The notes beneath the pieces are model-generated. The model was not told the origin of the DNA and made no database searches. It saw nothing but the letters and a program-made list of their open reading frames with translations. This document shows positions 58,092-64,000 of a DNA stretch of 64,000 nt, in pieces. This DNA is from a virus. Positions within the stretch are counted from its first letter, which is position 1. Every line of letters starts with the position of its first letter. The translations under genes and the position numbers were made by a program. The DNA lies in IMG/VR virus record IMGVR_UViG_3300024999_000086, positions 1-64,000 of that record. One strand, written 5' to 3'.

Positions 58092-61000
58092 TCACTCATT
58101 ATCTAAATCTGAAATTGTTATTGGATACCCCATCCCATCAACGGCGGGAGCCTCACAGCAATTGGAGACTGCTTCAGGTCTAGAATCAAATCCCGTCGCG
58201 CCCCAAAATTCGTAGGGCCCGACGCCGAAGTCGACGACAACGACCTCACAAGGCTCCAAGCAACGGCTGCAGATGCCGACCACGATGTCACCTCCGGAGC
58301 CTGGCTTCTTCAGCCGGCACATACCCGGCTTTTTTGAGATTACTCACACAATTGCTGTGGGCTGCCAGCGCCAGTGGCGCTCCAAGCCAGCCAAAACCCC
58401 AGGCATGGCAGGGTTGCATATCATTGGTTCTTGGGTTGACCATCGACGTGTTCATACTGACGCAACTGGTCAGAAAAAGCAGACTGATAATCACAATAGT
58501 TTTCATTTGATTACTCCAATTTTTTGATTGTACCGTTCGTTGCCCGATAATAAATCCTGCCGGCATTGTGGAGGTCGGCGACAAGGTCGATGAGTTCCTT
58601 AATCTCAACGCTGCCAGCGGTAGCCTTACAGGAATTCACCCATTCCCGGACCTTGTTGACCCTGGAACTGATCTCTTTTGCGATCTCTTCCACCGGGGGA
58701 GTAAAGGAAAGGTAGTGCCCGAAATGGATCACAGTTGAGAACTCTCCCCAGACGAAATTATCTTGGTAATTATTAATAAAGAGGTTCCCACACTGACAGC
58801 CGGTCAGCTTCCGGGTCGTCTCCGCATTGATACTCTCGCCGTCGACCTTGACCTCTACCTTGCCGTCGGCGTCTATAATTTTCTCGATTTTCATTTTGAT
58901 CCTCCTGTTTTGAATTTTGCGATCTTGCGCAAGCCGTCGTACCGGATCAGGACCTCGGCGCATTCGTTGGCCAAGTCCGCTTTGTTGGCATATTTGCCTA
59001 CATATCGATGGGACATGTCAGTGATGATGAAATCTTTATTCAGATCCCAGTCCTTCTGAACCGCAGCCTTTGACTTGTAATCCCGTTGATATGCTGGTGT
59101 TAACGTGATCATTTTGATCCTCCTGTTTTAAATTTTAATACCCACACTCCGTGCAAATGATTTGGAGCCTCTTGCCGTTATGAATGATGAGGTTGTTGCC
59201 TAAGGATTGGTTGAAGGTCACATGATGACCGCAATCCAAAGTGAATTTCTGCCCTTTGAGGGCCTCCAACGCCCAGCGAAGTTCACTCGCCGGCTGATAT
59301 TTTGCTGTCTGCGTCTTCGTCATTTTGGTCCTCCTTTACTCTAAGATTTGCTGCCCGTTTCCGGCCAAGACCTCCGCCGCGGCTATCGCCTCCTCTTCCG
59401 TAGGGTACTCCCCGTAAAGGATGGGTATCCCGATGTCTTCGTAAATATCCCGAACTTCATCAATGCATTCGACATGAATCCAAATTTTATACACCCGATC
59501 CGGTGATTTCTCCAACTCATACCCCATTCTAAAATCCTCCTCTTTCTGAGTTTAAATTTTGACCCTCTCCAAGACCCACTCCCGGTCCGGGTTGTTGCGC
59601 ATCCGCTGCAACGCATAGTCCTTTGGGAACCCCCTGTAATTCCCGTTCAACCACGCTTCGTGGACGTCCGCCCGCCAGTGGCGCCCGAAGTAGGCCTTGG
59701 CCTCCCTCAAAATTTCCTTTTCAGATTCTGTTGGGGACTTCATGGATGATTCCTCCATGCCGGTTTACAGAGGCAGCAATAATATGGTGCCTTCGTACCG
59801 TCCAGCTTGGTCAGGAATGAGCCGCAGGGCATTTTGCCCCCGTTGGTACCCTCGACGTTGGTCGGCGCACCACAACCCCCGTTTTGCCCCGGGATAAGCC
59901 TTCTGCTTTTGATTACAATCAAGGTCCCTCCGGATTCCTGGCAAGCCTTTGTGAGATTGTTCATGTTGTCACCCCACGTCATACGGATAAGGTTCGGCCA
60001 TGATGTGGCCTTTGAAAATGATCAGGACCGCGTAGTCTTTCGAGTCGCCTTCAAAGTCATCAACCTTCCGAACTTCGTCTCTTGCCGCCGCTACAGCGAA
60101 GTTGATGTTGGCTTCATCCACGAAAGCGGTATAGATGTCGAATCCGAAGTCGTCCGTGACGTAATCAGGACGTTGTAAAATTACTGTGTATTTCATACTG
60201 TTGCCTCCTTTTTCTGGTAGTTTTAGACTACTTTTCAGTTTCTTCTTTTCTTCTCTGCCTCAAAAAATTGGGCAACCGTCGCATGCAGATCCTGTTTGAG
60301 GTACATTCCAGAGGCTATAGGCAGGCCCTTCATATACAGATCGAACATCAGGTTATTGACCAGAGTATGTGCGACCTTTTCAGTGTTGCTGAGATCTTTG
60401 ACGGTGGTCATTGGTCACCTTCTTTTCTTTGTTGAGATATTTCCTGAGTCGATTTGCAGCTTCAACCATTGCCCAGGCAACGGCGTCTTCTTCGAAGTCT
60501 TCATGACGCTCTTCATAAGGCTTTTTCATCTGCCGAGCACAAGAGCGCAGCATTTTGATGAGTCTGTCAGTCGGAATTGGTTTCATACCTTGCCCTCCTT
60601 GCATTCATCACGGCAACCATCACGGCGCCGGCTTCGATCCACCGCTCACTCATCCAAAGCTGCGGCCGGTCATACCACTGGGCCAGGATCCTGACCGCGA
60701 GCTGGATTTTGTTTTCATGCTGACGTCGGTAGAGCTTCATACCTTCCTCGCTTTCAAAAAGGCCTGCAAGACCTTGTCCAGGTCCCCGGCGTTGTTCCTG
60801 AGCCAAAGAAGCACCTCTGCCACCCCTTTGGCGCCCTTAATTTGATGGTCGGCGTACCAGCCGTCGAAATCGAGCACGGCCTGGTGCTGATCAGCAGCCT
60901 CTTTGAATTGGAATTGCCGGCCGTCTGACGTTTGCCACAGGGACAGCCTTAATACATTGGATTTGTTCATGATTTATCCTTCTCAGGTTGCTTACCCAGA

Positions 61001-62499
61001 ACATAATCGTCAGAGAGTTTTCTTCTCAGATCCTGAATTTCAGTTATTGTCTCTCGATCACGACGAGAATGAGTCTTATTGAATGCCCTCTTCTCGACCT
61101 CTTTCTCATAGCAATTGAGAGCGTTGAGAGCTGTCAAAATCTCTGTCTTTGTCAAGTCGCCCATTTCAGACCTCCCTCAGATTGTCAGTTTTAACCATTC
61201 TCCAAACCCCGCCAGCGTCAATTTAGCCGCAACTTGCCGGCGCCACTCTTTGACCTTAAGCTCGTGAGGATCAGCGTGTTCGACGTGATAATCAACGGCA
61301 CTCTTGGCTTCGGAAATGACATAGTCCATGTCACCGACGTAGCCCCAGCAGGAATCAATATCCTCGCCGTCGACGTCTTCAGCGACGTAGCCGTAGCAGT
61401 CACCGTTGGCCCAGGCGGAGAACTGCTCGGTAAGGGACTCCAAGTAGTTCAAAGCTCCCTGCCGTGGATCCTTTGCCCATTCCTGTTTCGCCGTCGATTT
61501 CGGAATCGCTACCATGCCTACCAGCCCCGAGTCCCAGGGGTCATTGAAGGGCTCGTTCCGGTAAGCGACGCCGCCGTGTTCAAACTTGTAGATCGGAAGC
61601 CAGTAGTGAATCTTTTCAAATTCGTGGTCAGATTCTTCGTTGTTAGCAAAACGAATCAGAAACTGGTTAATACCACACTCCGGCTCCTCCCCTCTAAGCC
61701 AGTATCTGTTGTGATCCCTTCTCGTCGACGTGAAGAACAACGTCCCCGCGGGCTGGTCGTCTTCAGTGATCGGGTTCTGGGCGTCTTCATCTTGAAAAAT
61801 CTTGATCTTGTGATTTCGGTAGTCAATGGTTTCGATTGGGTTCATGCCCTGGCCCTCCTCCCAGTTCCGGATACTGAAAAGACTTGGAATTCGACGACTC
61901 GCCGGCCCTCAGGTCTAAACGTGGTGACGGCCTTGACCGGGCGCTTTTTCTTGTCCTCGAAGTATTGCACTGCACAAACTTGACGTTGCTTTTCCATTTT
62001 GATTCTCCTTTTTATCTGACTGATTTTAGGGTAGTTTTAAACTACTCTTTCTTTGCAAACCTCGGCACGAAGCAGTTCCCCAACTCGCCGGTAACATGGT
62101 CGAGGTAGCGGTTGATGCCTGTGATGTCGTGGATGAAGTTGAAGTCGTCGGCATTCAGGAGCTTCTCCAGGTCCAACGGGCAACCGTTCATGTGGCATGC
62201 GGTGACGTCCATAATGGAGTCGAAGACCTCATAGCCTTCGAACATTTCCGCGGCCCGGGCCGCGGTCTTTTTGATCAGCACGCTGTCTTTCTCGTTTGAA
62301 TTCCAGTTCATATTTGGGCCCCCTTTGCATAGCATTTTTCTGCCTCGTTTCTTTGGATCGCAGTCAACATCCGTTTAGCGAGCTTGGGGTCATGGTGAAT
62401 TCTGGTTTCCAGTTCCCAGCATCGGTCACAGAGCTTTGTCCCGAGCATTGTTGTTGGCTTTCCACACCAAGTACAGGGGACTGTTTCTTCTTTGGTCAT
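58092..62499 (-). CDS. Dense array of ~18 small early hypothetical genes
   Basis: Co-oriented 60-220 aa ORFs, most with AGGAG(G) RBS; no recognisable enzyme motifs. Confidence 0.6.
58891..59136. repeat. 28-bp direct repeat (58891-58918, 59109-59136) containing RBS + ATG
   Basis: TCATTTTGATCCTCCTGTTTT(G/A)AATTTT. Confidence 0.8.
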
Positions 62500-63211
62500 T
62501 TACAGACCTCCTCCAAGTTAAAGTTCCCGGCAACGTACTTGACGTCTCCGTCGTCGCAGACGTAGGCGTTGACGTTGACGTCGGCGTTGACGTCGGGCTC
62601 GAGGTAGTTTAAAACTACCGCCAATGACACTCCCAAGACCAAACTAATAATGATTCTCATGACTTAGCTGCCTCCTCTTGCTGAATTCAACGGCTTGCCG
62701 GATTTTCTCCTCGGTTTTGATTTTGGGATCTTCCGGTTTGTATGCCCTTCTGAATGCCCTGGCTTCCCGATGTTCTTTGGACGGGAATTTTATTAAAGTT
62801 CCCATGTGGACGTTCTCCTTTTTCTGATTTGGTTTATTACAAGGCGTCAAGAAGACGTTGAGCCCCATCGCGGATCTCAGCCGCTTTGAGTTTCAAGTGC
62901 TCTCTATCAAGATGGTCCCAGGCCCAAGCTCGATATGGAGATCCCTCTCCCAGGCAGCCGTTGCTGTTACCCCAAACTTCTTTCATGGGGCAGACGTCGG
63001 CGCAGACGGCGACGTCTGCCTGGTCATACCCAACTTCACCATAACTTTCCTTGACATAACTGCACATTGGACAACCAAAAAGATATTGGTCTGCGCCTGC
63101 TGGCTTCCTCTGGTTGCCAGTTTTGGCGAGTTCCGCCCACAGATCCACGCATGCTTTCAAAGCTTCTTTGAGTGTCATTTTTTGATCTCCTTTAAAGTAG
63201 TTTTAGACTAC
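60217..63211. promoter_or_regulatory. Four copies of the 15-bp palindrome GTAGTTTWARACTAC
   Basis: Copies at 60217-60231, 62031-62045, 62604-62618, 63197-63211. Confidence 0.7.
62837..63178 (-). CDS. Cys-rich paralog family, copy 1
   Basis: LKEAL...LW.EL, C.YV, C..VCP...W...GC...SPY, EIRDG.QRLLD. Confidence 0.7.
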   Translation of the reverse strand: MTLKEALKACVDLWAELAKTGNQRKPAGADQYLFGCPMCSYVKESYGEVGYDQADVAVCADVCPMKEVWGNSNGCLGEGSPYRAWAWDHLDREHLKLKAAEIRDGAQRLLDAL

Positions 63212-63390
63212 CTCTACAAAATGCTTGAGTTTTCCACATTTTGTACAGGTTAAATTTTGGATTACTTTCTGATCTAGAAAGTAATAAGGAATAGTTTCTC
63301 CTGGAGTAATGCCTATGATCTTCTTTAATCGTTCAAGTTTAGACTCTGTAATGGTTTCTGAAATGAGTTTCCAGTCGTGTTCGCAAAACA

Positions 63391-63750
63391 TCAGCGGTCC
63401 TCCAGTTCATCTAATTCGTCGAGAAGACGTTGAATTCCGTCACGGATTTCTTGTGCGTAATATTTTTTGTCTGAAGTTGTCACGGCAATCTTCCGCCAGT
63501 ATGCATAAGGCGACCCCGGCCCCATACAACCTTTATTCGTTGTCCAAATTGTCTTTAACGGGCAGACCTTGCCGCAGACGTAGTCGTTGAGGTGGTTCTT
63601 GTGCACGGGCCGGCCCAAGCTGTAGACGTAATGGCATGCGGGATTACCTTTAAAATATACTGCAGCCCAATCAGGTACAGTCAGACGTTTGGTAATCATC
63701 AACTCATTCCACAGTTTAAGACTCAATTCCAGAGCTTCTTTTAGTTCCAT
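63391..63750 (-). CDS. Cys-rich paralog family, copy 2
   Basis: Same motif set as copy 1. Confidence 0.7.
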   Translation of the reverse strand: MELKEALELSLKLWNELMITKRLTVPDWAAVYFKGNPACHYVYSLGRPVHKNHLNDYVCGKVCPLKTIWTTNKGCMGPGSPYAYWRKIAVTTSDKKYYAQEIRDGIQRLLDELDELEDR

Positions 63751-63759
63751 ATTTAATCC

Positions 63760-63999
63760 TCAATAGCTATCAATTATGCGGATGATCCCTGAAATAATTT
63801 CTTCCGCGGCGAGTTTCCGTTCGTTATCCGTTTTGGCATGGGCATAACGATAATACGGGGACCGCCATTTATTTCCCCAGCACCCTTTGGAATGGTATCG
63901 TTGGGGACGTTGACGTGGTGGGAATGGCGGATCCCATATGGACCTCATGGGGCAGATGACGTCGCAGTCGCAGTGTTTTTGATTCGAACCAAGGTCAAC
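63760..63999 (-). CDS. Cys-rich paralog family, copy 3 (5' truncated by window)
   Basis: Frame open to window edge: CDVICPMRSIW..GC..SPY..EIISGIIRIID. Confidence 0.65.
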   Translation of the reverse strand, partial: VDLGSNQKHCDCDVICPMRSIWDPPFPPRQRPQRYHSKGCWGNKWRSPYYRYAHAKTDNERKLAAEEIISGIIRIIDSY

Positions 64000-64000
64000 T

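Noticed and set aside
1-64000. Prophage boundaries, integrase or host genes
   Set aside because: No integrase, att site or host housekeeping genes recognised; lifestyle cannot be determined from this window.

Overview
This window is a 64-kb segment of a tailed dsDNA phage (siphovirus-like; GH108 endolysin, a lipoprotein and Sec signals suggest a diderm host). The plus strand (1-28.9 kb) is a late module: tail completion proteins, tail tube, tail chaperone with a -1 frameshift, a 2429-aa tape measure, tail-tip and fibre genes, and lysis genes. The minus strand (28.9-64 kb) carries replication, recombination and early genes: split SbcC/Rad50 plus SbcD, RusA-like resolvase, two HNH endonucleases, a full-length family-A DNA polymerase, D5 primase-helicase, SNF2-like helicase, two aberrant tRNA-like RNAs, a TnpB cassette and many small hypothetical genes. 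The strongest novelty candidate is a virion-decoration system. Four late-module proteins, including the tail tube, carry mucin-like Ser/Pro/Thr tags, and two of them head an operon with phage-encoded glycosyltransferases and methyltransferases. A separate set of at least 7 late-module proteins, several of them fibre- or adhesin-like, have Sec signal peptides. All family calls are by motif recognition only; no database searches were run.
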